64,000 nucleotides of DNA from an uncultured Gammaproteobacteria bacterium (lineage in GTDB: Bacteria; Patescibacteriota; Patescibacteriia; Patescibacteriales; UBA12465), in NCBI GenBank assembly GCA_964616855.1, contig CAZTUJ010000004.1, positions 3,610 to 67,609 of the forward strand, given 5' to 3'. The first letter of the stretch is position 1. Each line of letters starts with the position of its first letter. The position numbers were made by a program, and so were the translations under genes. Shown piece after piece: positions 40,718 to 50,463 of the stretch. Under the pieces are notes generated by a model, which ran no database searches, was not told the origin of the DNA, and worked only from the letters and a program-made list of their open reading frames with translations.

Positions 40718-41971
40718 ATGTCTGACTTAACAAACGCCATCAAACAGGTGTGCGAAGAAAAAAATTTGGATTATCAAGCTGTCGTTAATACGATTGAGCT
40801 GGCCCTGGCAGCCGCCTATCGTAAAGATTATGGTGAGAAAAACCAGAATATCAAGGTCAATTTTGACCCCAATACGGCCACTTCCGAAATTTACGACGTG
40901 AAAACGGTGGTTGAAAACTTACCAGCTCAAGAAGAAGAAGAAATGCTGCGTCGTTTAAATGATCCGGATTATAAGCGCGAAGAAAAAGAAGAGCGTCGTG
41001 AAGAGATCTTGGGCGATGAAGAAAAAGAAAAAAAATTCAATCCTAAGACTGACATTCAATTAAAAGAGGCGGCAATTATGAAGCACGGGGCTAAAGTTGG
41101 TGATGAAATCATGACTGAATTACCAATTCCGGAAAGCTATGGTCGTATGGCCGCTCAGACCGCGAAGCAGGTTATTATCCAGAAATTACGGGAGATGGAG
41201 CGGGATATGGTCTTAAGTGAATTTAAAAATAAGGAAAAAGAAGTGGTCGGCGGCGTTGTTCAGCGCCGTGAAGGCCGTTTAGTCTTTGTTGATTTAGGCA
41301 AAGCTATCGGTATCTTGCCCTCAGAAGAACAAATCTTTACCGAATACTATCGTCCTGGTGAACGGGTGAAGGTTTATATTAAAGAAGTACGTGATGGCCA
41401 TAAGGGCCCGGAAATTATTCTTTCCCGTCGCAGCGAAGAAATTTTGAAAAAGATTTTTTATTTAGAAATTCCAGAAATTGCTAATGGTTTAGTGGAAATC
41501 AAGGGCGTCGCCCGTGAAGCTGGTTCCCGTTCCAAAGTGGCTATTTATACGGAGGCGGAGAATGTTGACCCAGTTGGTTCCTGCGTTGGCCAAAGAGGTG
41601 CGCGCATCCAAACTATTATTAGTGAGCTTGGTGGTGAAAAAGTTGATATTATTGAATATAGTGATGACCCTGCTAAGTTTATTGCCAATGCTTTAGCTCC
41701 CGCTAAGACTTTAAGTATTGAACTCCATGAGAGTGAACGGAAAGCAATCGTTAAAGTTAGCTCGGATAAATTATCTCTCGCGATTGGTAAGAGCGGACAG
41801 AACGTGCGTTTAGCCGCTCATCTTACTGGCTGGAAAATTGATATCATCGAAGCCACAGAAGAGGGCGAGAAAAAAGTGGCTGATAGTGAAAGTGGAGAAA
41901 TCGTTGCGGTTGAATCGACGGAAGCAGCAGAGACCCCGGCAGAAGAAGTTGTTGCTCTTGAAAAAGAATAA
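40718..41971 (+). CDS. nusA: transcription termination/antitermination factor NusA
   Basis: 417 aa. S1 and two KH domains (VGSCVGQRGARIQ, AIGKSGQNVRLA), with an acidic insertion EEEEMLRRLNDPDYKREEKEERREE in the N-terminal domain. Confidence 0.93.
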   Translation: MSDLTNAIKQVCEEKNLDYQAVVNTIELALAAAYRKDYGEKNQNIKVNFDPNTATSEIYDVKTVVENLPAQEEEEMLRRLNDPDYKREEKEERREEILGDEEKEKKFNPKTDIQLKEAAIMKHGAKVGDEIMTELPIPESYGRMAAQTAKQVIIQKLREMERDMVLSEFKNKEKEVVGGVVQRREGRLVFVDLGKAIGILPSEEQIFTEYYRPGERVKVYIKEVRDGHKGPEIILSRRSEEILKKIFYLEIPEIANGLVEIKGVAREAGSRSKVAIYTEAENVDPVGSCVGQRGARIQTIISELGGEKVDIIEYSDDPAKFIANALAPAKTLSIELHESERKAIVKVSSDKLSLAIGKSGQNVRLAAHLTGWKIDIIEATEEGEKKVADSESGEIVAVESTEAAETPAEEVVALEKE

Positions 41972-42021
41972 TTTTATTTTTGCCTTGCCTGCTGGGCAAG
42001 AGCTTTTAATCTAATATTAAT

Positions 42022-44049
42022 ATGATGACCAATCTCTTAATCATCCTCAGCGCGGTCGCTGCCATTGTTTATGGCTTAATCGCGATGATGTCTGTTCTCC
42101 GCTTACCAGCGGGTAATGAAAAAATGCAAGAAATTGCTGCCGCTATTCAAGCGGGTGCGCGGGCTTTCTTAAATCGTCAGTATAAGGCGGTCGGGCTCGT
42201 CGCTTTAGTTTTGTTTCTTGCCATCGGTTTTGTTCCGGCTTTAGGCTGGATGACCGCTTTAGCTTTTATTATTGGGGCAATTTTGTCCGCTTTAACCGGC
42301 TACATTGGCATGTTTGTGAGCGTGCGGGCGAATGTGCGCACCGCGGAAGCGGCTCGCGGTGGTTTGCAAAAAGCTTTAACTGTAGCTGTTCGCGGCGGCA
42401 GTGTTACTGGCATGCTGGTAGTTGGTTTAGCTTTATTAGGCACGGCTGGCTTTTATTTCGCCACCGGCGATTTACATGCTTTGATTGGTTTTGCCTTTGG
42501 TGGTTCTCTGATTTCTATTTTTGCCCGTTTAGGTGGTGGTATTTATACCAAAGCCGCGGATGTCGGCGCTGATTTAATCGGTAAGGTAGAAGCGGGAATT
42601 CCGGAAGATGATCCTCGCAATCCGGCGGTGATTGCCGATAATGTCGGCGACAACGTTGGTGATTGTGCCGGTATGGCCGCTGATTTATTTGAAACTTATG
42701 CGGTTACTTCCATCGCTGCTATGCTTTTAGGCTCTCTCACTTTTGCCGTGGGCGGGGCGATGGATTCTAAGAATATTATTCTCTTCCCCTTAGTGTTAGG
42801 CGCAGTCTCTATCATTGCCTCTATCATCGGTATTTTCTTTATTCGTTTAGGAAAGAATAAGAACATCATGCAGGCCTTGTATAAGGGCTTGATTGCCGCT
42901 GGTGTCTTGTCGGCTATTGCTTTCTACCCTATCACAAAAATGTTTGTGAGTGATCCGGCGATGAGTTTAAATATTTATTTAACTAGTTTAATTGGTTTAG
43001 TGGTTACTGGTTTATTAGTAGTAATTACTGAGTACTACACTTCTACCGCTTTCGCGCCTGTTAAAGGCATTGCTGAAGCTTCTAAAACTGGGCACGGCAC
43101 CAATGTTATTGCTGGTTTAGCGGTTTCCATGAAATCGACTGCTTGGCCGATTGTGGTGATTGTGGCGGCAATTTTAGCTGCTTTCTCTTTGGCTGGTTTA
43201 TATGGCATTGCCATTGCCGCGATGGCGATGTTGTCGATGGCTGGTATCATTGTCACGATTGATGCCTATGGTCCGATTACCGATAATGCTGGCGGTATCG
43301 CCGAGATGGCTAATTTAGGTGAGGATGTTCGCAATATTACGGATCCTTTAGATGCTGTTGGTAACACCACCAAGGCGGTTACCAAGGGTTATGCTATCGG
43401 TTCTGCCGCTTTAGCTGCTCTCGTTTTATTTGCTGACTTCACTTTCAAAATTACGGATTTAGGGGGTAGCGCTGAATTCTTAATTAATAATCCTTTCGTT
43501 CTAGCCGGCCTCTTCTTAGGTGGCCTCTTGCCTTATCTCTTTGGAGCAATGGCCATGAAAGCTGTCGGCCGGGCCGCTGGTTCGGTGGTTGAAGATGTGC
43601 GCGCCCAGTTTAAGGAAAAAACTGGTATTATGGACGGCACGGACAAACCGGACTATGGTCGGACTGTTGATATCGTTACTAAGGCGGCGATTAAAGAAAT
43701 GATTTTACCCGCTTTAATTCCGGTAGTCGCTCCTATCATTGTTGGCTTAGGCTTTAATTTCTTTGGCGCTGGTCACGGCGTCGAAGCTTTAGGCGGCTTA
43801 TTAGTCGGTTCTATTGTTACCGGTATTTTCGTAGCCGTTTCTATGACTTCTGGCGGCGGTGCCTGGGATAATGCCAAGAAATATATTGAGCTTGGTAATT
43901 TTGGCGGCAAAGGCTCTGACGCTCATAAAGCGGCTGTTACTGGCGATACGGTTGGTGATCCCTATAAAGACACAGCTGGGCCTGCTATTAACCCGATGAT
44001 TAAAGTGTTGAACATTGTTGCTCTCTTGATTATTGGTTTGTTAATCTAA
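42022..44049 (+). CDS. hppA: membrane-bound H+-translocating pyrophosphatase
   Basis: 675 aa. [19 protein letters not shown]. The Lys in [10 protein letters not shown] suggests the K+-independent subfamily. Confidence 0.95.
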   Translation: MMTNLLIILSAVAAIVYGLIAMMSVLRLPAGNEKMQEIAAAIQAGARAFLNRQYKAVGLVALVLFLAIGFVPALGWMTALAFIIGAILSALTGYIGMFVSVRANVRTAEAARGGLQKALTVAVRGGSVTGMLVVGLALLGTAGFYFATGDLHALIGFAFGGSLISIFARLGGGIYTKAADVGADLIGKVEAGIPEDDPRNPAVIADNVGDNVGDCAGMAADLFETYAVTSIAAMLLGSLTFAVGGAMDSKNIILFPLVLGAVSIIASIIGIFFIRLGKNKNIMQALYKGLIAAGVLSAIAFYPITKMFVSDPAMSLNIYLTSLIGLVVTGLLVVITEYYTSTAFAPVKGIAEASKTGHGTNVIAGLAVSMKSTAWPIVVIVAAILAAFSLAGLYGIAIAAMAMLSMAGIIVTIDAYGPITDNAGGIAEMANLGEDVRNITDPLDAVGNTTKAVTKGYAIGSAALAALVLFADFTFKITDLGGSAEFLINNPFVLAGLFLGGLLPYLFGAMAMKAVGRAAGSVVEDVRAQFKEKTGIMDGTDKPDYGRTVDIVTKAAIKEMILPALIPVVAPIIVGLGFNFFGAGHGVEALGGLLVGSIVTGIFVAVSMTSGGGAWDNAKKYIELGNFGGKGSDAHKAAVTGDTVGDPYKDTAGPAINPMIKVLNIVALLIIGLLI

Positions 44050-44068
44050 AATTAGATTGATTGAATAA

Positions 44069-44104
44069 GAAAAGCGCCGGCTGTTTAGGGTCGGCGCTTT
44101 TTTG
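44069..44104. terminator. bidirectional rho-independent terminator
   Basis: AAGCGCCG-loop-CGGCGCTTTTTT. Confidence 0.8.
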
Positions 44105-44117
44105 TACTCTTTAGAGT

Positions 44118-44438
44118 TTAACTCAAGAGTTCTGCCATTGTTTGCAGGTTTTCTAAAAGATCTACTCTAATCCCTTTTTCTACGCACTGGGGGTGGGCTT
44201 GTGCCAGGCGTATAAATTTGTTGGTAGCGAGGTAAAGAGCCTCTGTCCCGGAGACGTCGGCGAGCTGTAAAAAACCAGATTTTACCATATCCTGAAAATA
44301 GTACCTGGTGGGATAACAGATATCTATTCTGGAGATGCCACCCCGGGCGATTGTCTCTTCATTAACCTCTCTTACCGAGAAGGGTTTGCCTGTTAGGGCT
44401 TTTTCATTAAGTACGGCAATAGTTACATAGTACGACAT
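44118..44438 (-). CDS. hypothetical protein
   Basis: 106-aa ORF preceded by a strong SD (AAGGGGGAAAT-ATG). No family recognised. Confidence 0.5.
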   Translation of the reverse strand: MSYYVTIAVLNEKALTGKPFSVREVNEETIARGGISRIDICYPTRYYFQDMVKSGFLQLADVSGTEALYLATNKFIRLAQAHPQCVEKGIRVDLLENLQTMAELLS

Positions 44439-44594
44439 ATTTCCCCCTTTTTTGTTGAATGTTTTAGTGATTTTAACAAAAGCTTAGTATTTAGTCAAAC
44501 TTGCTTTTTCTAAAAATAATGCTAAAATATAAGCAATTAATGAAAGAAAAAATAAGCGGGCCCTCAAAGCTCGCTTCTAATTGCTTTAAAGAAT

Positions 44595-45899
44595 ATGCAA
44601 GTAACTAAAAAAGATTTAGAGAAATCACAAGTCGAGTTAGCGATTATTTTAGAATTTGATGAATTTAAGCCATATATTGAAAAGGGAGCACAACATGTTT
44701 CTGAGCATGTAAAAATTGAAGGCTTTCGTCCCGGCAAGGTTCCTTACGAAATTCTCAAACAGAAAGTGGGCGAAATTAGTATTTTAGAAGAAGCCGCTCA
44801 TATTGCCATCCGCAAAACTATTGATGATGTGTTTGCTAAAGAGTTGGCTGGCCGTCAGCCCGTTGGTCAACCCAGCGTGGAAATTACTAAGCTTGCTCCC
44901 GAAAACCCCTTGGAATATAAAGTGGTTATTTCCTTATTACCGACCGTAGCTTTAGGAAAGTATAAGGATTTAAAAATTGAGCGGGAAAAACCGGAAGTCA
45001 ACGATGAAGATCTTAATAAGACTATTAAAGAAATTTTAGAAATGCGCGCTAAGGAAAGTTTAAGTGCCGAAGCCGCTAAATTAGGCGATAAATTAATTTT
45101 AAATGTCAGTCTTAGTTTAGATAAGGTGCCGGTCGAAGGTGGTCAGGCGCAAGATGTGACCGTTATTCTGGGTAAGGAATATATGGTTCCCGGTTTTGAT
45201 GATAAGGTTTTAGGGATTAAGCAAGGAGAAAAAAGAGAATTTAAATTGTTATATCCCGAAACCCATCACCAGGCTAATTTAGCGGGCAAGATGGTTGAAT
45301 TTGCAGTTACCGCCACTTCTGTCTATCAGCGAGAACTACCGGCTTTAGATGATGATTTAGCTAAGTTGATGCACTTTAAAGATTTAGACGATCTCAAAGA
45401 TGCCATTAAAAAAAATATTTTAGCCGACCGCGAACGTCAAGCAGATATTAAGTCAGAGTTAAAAATGTTAGAGGCGATTGCCGCTGATGCTAAGTTTGGC
45501 GATATCCCGGAATCTCTATTAGAAAGCGAGTCTGAGAGCATGCTTGCCGAATTACAGCGCAATATCACTAATCAGGGCGGCAATTTTGATGACTATTTAA
45601 AGCACTTAAAGAAAACGCCGGCAGAATTACGCTTAGAATTATTACCTAATGCCATTAAGCGGATTAAGACCGCCTTAATTATTCGTGAAGTTGGTATTAT
45701 TGAAAAGGTGGAGGTAAAAAAAGCCGATTTAGAGGATAAGTTGGAAGGTTTAAAGAAAATGTACGGACAGGAGGCGGAAGCGGCTAAGCAGTTAAATAGC
45801 CCGGAATACCGTCGCCATTTAGAAAATATGATGTTCAACGATCAGGTCGTTGCTCAGTTAAAATCTTGGAATTATGCCGATTCTGGCAAACAATCGTAG
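44595..45899 (+). CDS. tig: trigger factor
   Basis: 434 aa. N-terminal ribosome-binding GFRPGKVP motif and a central FKBP-like domain. Confidence 0.92.
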   Translation: MQVTKKDLEKSQVELAIILEFDEFKPYIEKGAQHVSEHVKIEGFRPGKVPYEILKQKVGEISILEEAAHIAIRKTIDDVFAKELAGRQPVGQPSVEITKLAPENPLEYKVVISLLPTVALGKYKDLKIEREKPEVNDEDLNKTIKEILEMRAKESLSAEAAKLGDKLILNVSLSLDKVPVEGGQAQDVTVILGKEYMVPGFDDKVLGIKQGEKREFKLLYPETHHQANLAGKMVEFAVTATSVYQRELPALDDDLAKLMHFKDLDDLKDAIKKNILADRERQADIKSELKMLEAIAADAKFGDIPESLLESESESMLAELQRNITNQGGNFDDYLKHLKKTPAELRLELLPNAIKRIKTALIIREVGIIEKVEVKKADLEDKLEGLKKMYGQEAEAAKQLNSPEYRRHLENMMFNDQVVAQLKSWNYADSGKQS

Positions 45900-46341
45900 A
45901 GCGAGTTTTGATTACGACTTATTAGAAAACTATGAAGCCGGCCTGATTTTGTTAGGCCATGAAGCCAAATCGGCTAAGGCGGGACATATTAATCTAAGTG
46001 GCGCCTATGTCAGTATGCGAGCGGGTCAGAATGGTCCTGAGCTGTGGCTAGTCAACGCCCATATTTCCCCTTATCGTTTTGCCGGTAAGCTCCCAGACTA
46101 TGATCCCGTACGCGAACGCAAGCTATTATTAAAGAAGAATGAGATTGCGCACCTTTCTGGGAAGACCCAGGAAAAAGGCTTGACATTGGTTCCAGTCAAA
46201 ATGTATACTAAACGCAGTTTCGTAAAATTAGAATTTGCTTTAGGCCGAGGAAAGAAGAAATATGATAAGCGTGAAAGCATTAAGAAGCGCGAGGTCGAAA
46301 GGCAAATACGAACTTTAACAAAGAGACAGAATGTAAGATAA
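45874..46341 (+). CDS. smpB: SsrA-binding protein SmpB
   Basis: 155 aa. NRRASFDYDLLENYEAGLILLGHEAKS. The tmRNA gene starts 2 nt after the stop. Confidence 0.95.
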   Translation: MPILANNRRASFDYDLLENYEAGLILLGHEAKSAKAGHINLSGAYVSMRAGQNGPELWLVNAHISPYRFAGKLPDYDPVRERKLLLKKNEIAHLSGKTQEKGLTLVPVKMYTKRSFVKLEFALGRGKKKYDKRESIKKREVERQIRTLTKRQNVR

Positions 46342-46342
46342 T

Positions 46343-46729
46343 GGGGATGCCGGGCATCGATAATAACGACTGCTCTTAGATATTCAAAACGGGTTTTGGT
46401 TAAACCGTAAAAATAATCTAAAAACATACATGCCAAAACTACTGGCAGAGCGTTTACTTGGAAAGTTCCGAGTTTCGCTCCCGTTATGGCTTAATTAAAA
46501 AATAGCCATAGCCATCGGACCGGGGAGGCTTCAGCTCCGTCATCCGGTGTCATAATTTGAAGCTTTGAAAATAATCACCCCCTCTGGTTATTTTCGAGAC
46601 AATGAGGGGTGACCGTCGTTGCTTTTGTTCGGTTTTTTATGACGACGGTGACACCAATTAAATCGGACTAATTTTGTAAAGTTATCTAGGGGTACTTATT
46701 AGACATGGGTTCAACTCCCATCATCTCCA
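46343..46729 (+). ncRNA. ssrA: tmRNA (ssrA)
   Basis: 5' GGGGATGCCGGGCATCGA pairs with 3' ...GGGTTCAACTCCCATCATCTCCA (tRNA-Ala-like, G3:U). The internal tag frame from GCC at 46432 runs to TAA at 46492-46494 and reads AKTTGRAFTWKVPSFAPVMA. The resume codon is not certain. Confidence 0.85.
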
Positions 46730-46739
46730 CATAAGATTG

Positions 46740-46823
46740 GCCGCGGTGGCGGAACTGGTAGACGCGCTGGACTTAAAATCCAGTTGTAGAGATACAGTGC
46801 GGGTTCGATTCCCGCCCGCGGCA
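46740..46823 (+). tRNA. tRNA-Leu (anticodon TAA)
   Basis: GCCGCGGTGGCGGAACTGGTAGACGCGCTGGACTTAAAATCCAG plus long variable arm plus GCGGGTTCGATTCCCGCCCGCGGCA. Confidence 0.9.
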
Positions 46824-46881
46824 CGTATTTTTAGCAGGGCTTGCCTTGCCGAAAAATATTTGCTATATAAAAGATAGATTT

Positions 46882-46953
46882 GCGGGTATCGTATAATGGT
46901 TATTATGCAACCTTGCCATGGTTGAGAAAGGGGTTCGATTCCCCTTACCCGCT
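46882..46953 (+). tRNA. tRNA-Gly (anticodon GCC)
   Basis: GCGGGTATCGTATAATGGTTATTATGCAACCTTGCCATGGTTG...GGGGTTCGATTCCCCTTACCCGCT. Confidence 0.88.
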
Positions 46954-46959
46954 CACATC

Positions 46960-46987
46960 AAAAAACAGCCCGAAAGGGCTGTTTTTG
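46960..46987 (+). terminator. rho-independent terminator after tRNA-Gly
   Basis: ACAGCCC-GAAA-GGGCTGTTTTT. Confidence 0.85.
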
Positions 46988-47004
46988 TGTTATAATATAA
47001 AAAT

Positions 47005-48495
47005 ATGACAGCTAAAAGCCATTATTATAAAACCAAAGTCGTAAAAATGGGTAAATGGGCCGCCCTACCCTTAGACGCAGAAAGTTGGTACGGAAATAAA
47101 TCTTCCGATTATTTTAAAAAACAGTTTGGGATTTATAAGGGTTTATTGTGTTTATACTCTTCAGAATTTATTCATTGTTATGTTCCCGAAGAATTATTAA
47201 AAAATATTGATCAACGGATTATCCAAATTAACAAAAAGAATTTCAAGTCGCTGGAGAAAAAATTAAAAGATTTTTATCCTTTAGTAAAAAAAGCCAAGAT
47301 TGCTATAACCCCTAAGGCTGTAATTAATTATTCTAAACTATCAAATAGAAAAATAGCCGATTCATTTTTATTTATTCGCGATTGGGTGAGAAGAGTAACT
47401 ATCTTTGATCAGTTTGGTTTTATTGCTGAAAATTATTTAACTGCGCCCCTAGAAGATATTTTGGTTAATAAATTTTTTTTATCAAAGAATTCTGAAGAAT
47501 ATAATAAAATCCTTTTTATTCTCACTAAGCCAGAAGAAATATCAAGCACGCTTTCAGAAAAAAGATTTGCGTTGCAGCAGGCAATAAAAATTAAAAATAA
47601 AGAGCTTAGTTTAGAACAGGCTAGCAAAAAATTAGCTAAGGCTTACGGTTGGATGCCTGTGTTTTGTTATGGTAATCCTTGGGATGACGGTTATTATCAA
47701 AAGGAACTGAATAACTTATTAAAGAAGAGTTTAAAGCAATTAGAAGATGAATATATTAAACTCAAGGAGTATAAGAAGATTCGTAATAGAGAGATTAATT
47801 TGGTTATTTTAAAATATAAAATCAGTCCTCGCGATTTACAAAAATTTATAGATTTTGGTCTGGCTTTAGATGTTAGAAATGAGGCTGAATACTTTGTTAG
47901 TTATGCGGGATTTTATCTCCTGCCCCTGTATAAAGAAATCGCTAAACGATTACATCTTTCTATTAATCAAACCCGTTTGCTTTATGAAGCGGACATCATT
48001 GACTGTTTGTTGGGAAAGAAAGACGCTGGTAAGTTTCTAGAATCAAATAATAAATTTCGCGGTTTTGGCTATAATCAAAACATGTCTAAACGTTTTTATT
48101 TCTCCGGTATCGAAGTAGCAAAATTATTTAATTTTATTGAGAGACGAGTGCGTAATATCCAGGGTGATAACGAACGCCAAGGTGTTTGTGCTAGTGTCGG
48201 TAAAGCGAGGGGTTTTGTACGCATAGTATCTTCGCCGGAACAGAATGATAAAGTTAATGAAGGCGATATTCTAATTACCTATGCTACTACCGTCGATTAT
48301 TTGCCTTCGATGAAAAAAGCAGCAGCCATTATCACCGAAGTCGGAGGCCTTACCTGTCATGCTGCGGTAATTTCTCGAGAGTTTGAAATACCCTGCATTG
48401 TCGCCCTTAAAAATGCGATGAAAAATTTTAAAGATGGCGATTTAGTGGAAGTTGATGCTGATAAAGGGGTTGTTAGAATTTTAAAGAAAGCATAA
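47005..48495 (+). CDS. PEP-utilizing-enzyme swivel (phosphohistidine) domain protein with uncharacterised N-terminal region
   Basis: 496 aa. C-terminal GVCASVGKARGFVRIV...AIITEVGGLTCHAAVISREFEIPCIV is the mobile His domain. No PEP/pyruvate TIM-barrel domain follows. AT-rich gene. Confidence 0.7.
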   Translation: MTAKSHYYKTKVVKMGKWAALPLDAESWYGNKSSDYFKKQFGIYKGLLCLYSSEFIHCYVPEELLKNIDQRIIQINKKNFKSLEKKLKDFYPLVKKAKIAITPKAVINYSKLSNRKIADSFLFIRDWVRRVTIFDQFGFIAENYLTAPLEDILVNKFFLSKNSEEYNKILFILTKPEEISSTLSEKRFALQQAIKIKNKELSLEQASKKLAKAYGWMPVFCYGNPWDDGYYQKELNNLLKKSLKQLEDEYIKLKEYKKIRNREINLVILKYKISPRDLQKFIDFGLALDVRNEAEYFVSYAGFYLLPLYKEIAKRLHLSINQTRLLYEADIIDCLLGKKDAGKFLESNNKFRGFGYNQNMSKRFYFSGIEVAKLFNFIERRVRNIQGDNERQGVCASVGKARGFVRIVSSPEQNDKVNEGDILITYATTVDYLPSMKKAAAIITEVGGLTCHAAVISREFEIPCIVALKNAMKNFKDGDLVEVDADKGVVRILKKA

Positions 48496-48534
48496 GTTTA
48501 TTAGTAAATAAAAAATAATATTATATATAAATAA

Positions 48535-48565
48535 AAAACAACCCCATCTCCGGAGTTGTTTTTGT
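48535..48565 (+). terminator. rho-independent terminator
   Basis: AACAACCCC-atct-CCGGAGTTGTTTTTG. Confidence 0.6.
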
Positions 48566-48569
48566 AAAA

Positions 48570-48603
48570 GAAAAAAGAGTCCAGGGTAAGCGGACTCTTT
48601 TCA
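48570..48603 (-). terminator. rho-independent terminator of the 154-aa gene
   Basis: AAGAGTCC-loop-GGACTCTT with a T-run on the complement. Confidence 0.65.
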
Positions 48604-48619
48604 AACTTTTTTTGGAGAT

Positions 48620-49084
48620 CTATCCCCATAATCCTAGCTTCTGCCAGAAGTGGGGTGGGTAGCTGGCGTTTGGCGCCATTTTTTGGACCGACTCATCGGC
48701 AATAATAGAGATTTCAACATCCTCATTTTTGAGGAATTGGAAGTTCACGTGAGACTTTCCCAAATAAGTTTCAATTACTAAGATGCCTTTGTCGTTGCTT
48801 GAGACAAATCCATAATAGTCGAAGCCTTTGGAGGCAAATAGGGAGAGTTCAAAGCCGATGAGCAGAGAAAATTGTTGGTTGTTTTTTGCCAGAAAGGCGA
48901 TTTTTCTCATGCCTGGTTTGTGTCCGGCGACTTTGTTTCCTGGATAATGGTATTTTACGAGTAAGCTCGAGTTTTTTACGAAGCTTCTCATAAAACTGAA
49001 TTTTTTCAGCATTTCCTTGCCCAGGAAAAGGCTGGTTAAACAGAAAATAGTTGCCACAATGGCAAAAATTACAGTTACGTTCAT
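48620..49084 (-). CDS. hypothetical membrane-anchored protein
   Basis: 154 aa with one N-terminal TM helix and no known motif. Confidence 0.5.
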   Translation of the reverse strand: MNVTVIFAIVATIFCLTSLFLGKEMLKKFSFMRSFVKNSSLLVKYHYPGNKVAGHKPGMRKIAFLAKNNQQFSLLIGFELSLFASKGFDYYGFVSSNDKGILVIETYLGKSHVNFQFLKNEDVEISIIADESVQKMAPNASYPPHFWQKLGLWG

Positions 49085-49204
49085 CGTTTACGGATTTTGA
49101 GGTGAATATTTATATTTGTATGGTACTAATTCTGGGTTAATTATATCATATAATTAATATTTTGTCAATGTATAAGGGCAATTTGCTAACATTGCCAATA
49201 GCTA

Positions 49205-49233
49205 TTGACATTATTAGAAATAAGTAGCAATAT
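49205..49233 (+). promoter_or_regulatory. promoter TTGACA-17-CAATAT
   Basis: TTGACA 49205-49210. The -10 region is CAATATATA. Confidence 0.45.
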
Positions 49234-49280
49234 ATAGGTATAGTTCATTCTATCAATTAAACCTTTTAAAAAACTAAGCC

Positions 49281-49409
49281 ATGTCAAAAACTGGTCAGGT
49301 TGTAAAAACCATCGCTCTTGGTGCCGCCGCTGGTGCCGCCGCTACTGCTGCAACACTTATTGTTGTAAAGCTGGTTAAAACCATTCGTGCCAATAACAGG
49401 CAGAAATAA
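49281..49409 (+). CDS. 42-aa Ala/Gly-rich single-TM peptide
   Basis: Own translation MSKTGQVVKTIALGAAAGAAATAATLIVVKLVKTIRANNRQK. Has its own promoter. Confidence 0.4.
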   Translation: MSKTGQVVKTIALGAAAGAAATAATLIVVKLVKTIRANNRQK

Positions 49410-49581
49410 GTACTATCTTTTTAGATAGAAGACGCTTCCCCATACTCTTTATAGAGTATATAACATTTGAATAAGTTAAGTACTAATCGCCTTTCTCAAA
49501 AATTGGCGACTTTTATTTTCAGGAGTGTAGAATAGTTTTTACTAATTTTTTCCGCTAGTGTGATCAGGTCTTGAGTTTTAT

Positions 49582-49610
49582 TTGACTTTTTTTCGGTTTT
49601 CCGCTATAAA
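49582..49610 (+). promoter_or_regulatory. promoter TTGACT-17-TATAAA of infC-rpmI-rplT
   Basis: TTGACT 49582-49587, TATAAA 49605-49610. Confidence 0.5.
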
Positions 49611-49638
49611 TAGCTATATAAATAATAATTTTTTTACC

Positions 49639-50193
49639 ATGCGCATCAAATTCCATCGCGTTGAACAGAAAGAAAAGAAGTTTTTCAAATCTAATACTCA
49701 GATTCGTTCCGAACAAGTCTTTTTAATTGATGAAACTGGAGAAAATGTGGGGGTAATGACCACCCAGGAGGCGATTGCGCGGGCCAAAGAGCTCGATTTA
49801 GATTTAGTCGAAGTTAATCCTAAGGCAGAGCCGCCGGTAGCCAAAATTGTTGATTTAGGGCAGTTAAAATACGAACACGAAAAGAAATTACACCGCCAGA
49901 AAGTGATGCAGAAAAAGATCGATACTAAAGTAATTCGCCTGTCTTTTCGTATCAGTGAGCATGATTTTGGTTTCCGCTTAGCTCAAGCGGAAAAATTCTT
50001 GTCTAAAGAGAATAAGATTAAATTAGAATTAATTCTCCGTGGCCGCGAAAGGCAATACCCACAGAAGGCGAGAGAAATTGTTGATAATTTTGTGGCTCAA
50101 CTTCGCCAAAAACCTGATTTAGTTGTAGAAATTGAGCAAGCCTTGACAAATCAAGGTGGAAGATTTACTATAGTGTTGGTAAATAAGAAATAA
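49639..50193 (+). CDS. infC: translation initiation factor IF-3
   Basis: IRSEQVFLIDETGENVGVMTTQEAIARAKELDLDLVEV. The ATG at 49639 is chosen because the track start (TTG 49582) coincides with the -35 box. IF-3 often uses atypical starts, so the start is uncertain. Confidence 0.9.
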   Translation: MRIKFHRVEQKEKKFFKSNTQIRSEQVFLIDETGENVGVMTTQEAIARAKELDLDLVEVNPKAEPPVAKIVDLGQLKYEHEKKLHRQKVMQKKIDTKVIRLSFRISEHDFGFRLAQAEKFLSKENKIKLELILRGRERQYPQKAREIVDNFVAQLRQKPDLVVEIEQALTNQGGRFTIVLVNKK

Positions 50194-50241
50194 ACATCTT
50201 TTTATCTTTCAGGTATTTTCGCCTGTTTTTTTATCAAATTT

Positions 50242-50439
50242 ATGCCGAAAATAAAGACTCACCAAGCCACCGCAAAACGTTTTCGTTTGACTGGCACCGA
50301 TCAATTAAAGAAGAGAAAGTGCGGTCAGGATCACTTCAATTCCCGGGAAACCGGCAATACCAAGCGTGCAAAACGCATGGATATTAGTGCGGATGCTACT
50401 TTAGTAAAAACCATTAAAACTTTAACCCCGTATCGATAG
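50242..50439 (+). CDS. rpmI: 50S ribosomal protein L35
   Basis: MPKIKTHQATAKRFRLTG... Confidence 0.93.
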   Translation: MPKIKTHQATAKRFRLTGTDQLKKRKCGQDHFNSRETGNTKRAKRMDISADATLVKTIKTLTPYR

Positions 50440-50463
50440 GATGCGGACTTAAGCTAATCGTAT

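Noticed and set aside
48743-48755. GTTCACGTGAGAC, resembling the centre of canonical parS
   Set aside because: It is a single copy inside a CDS, the outer TGT/ACA positions do not match, and it is not a full palindrome. Likely chance.
49582-49638. TTG start at 49582 for infC
   Set aside because: The TTG is part of the TTGACT -35 hexamer of a well-spaced promoter. The extension MTFFRFSAINSYINNNFFT is AT-driven.
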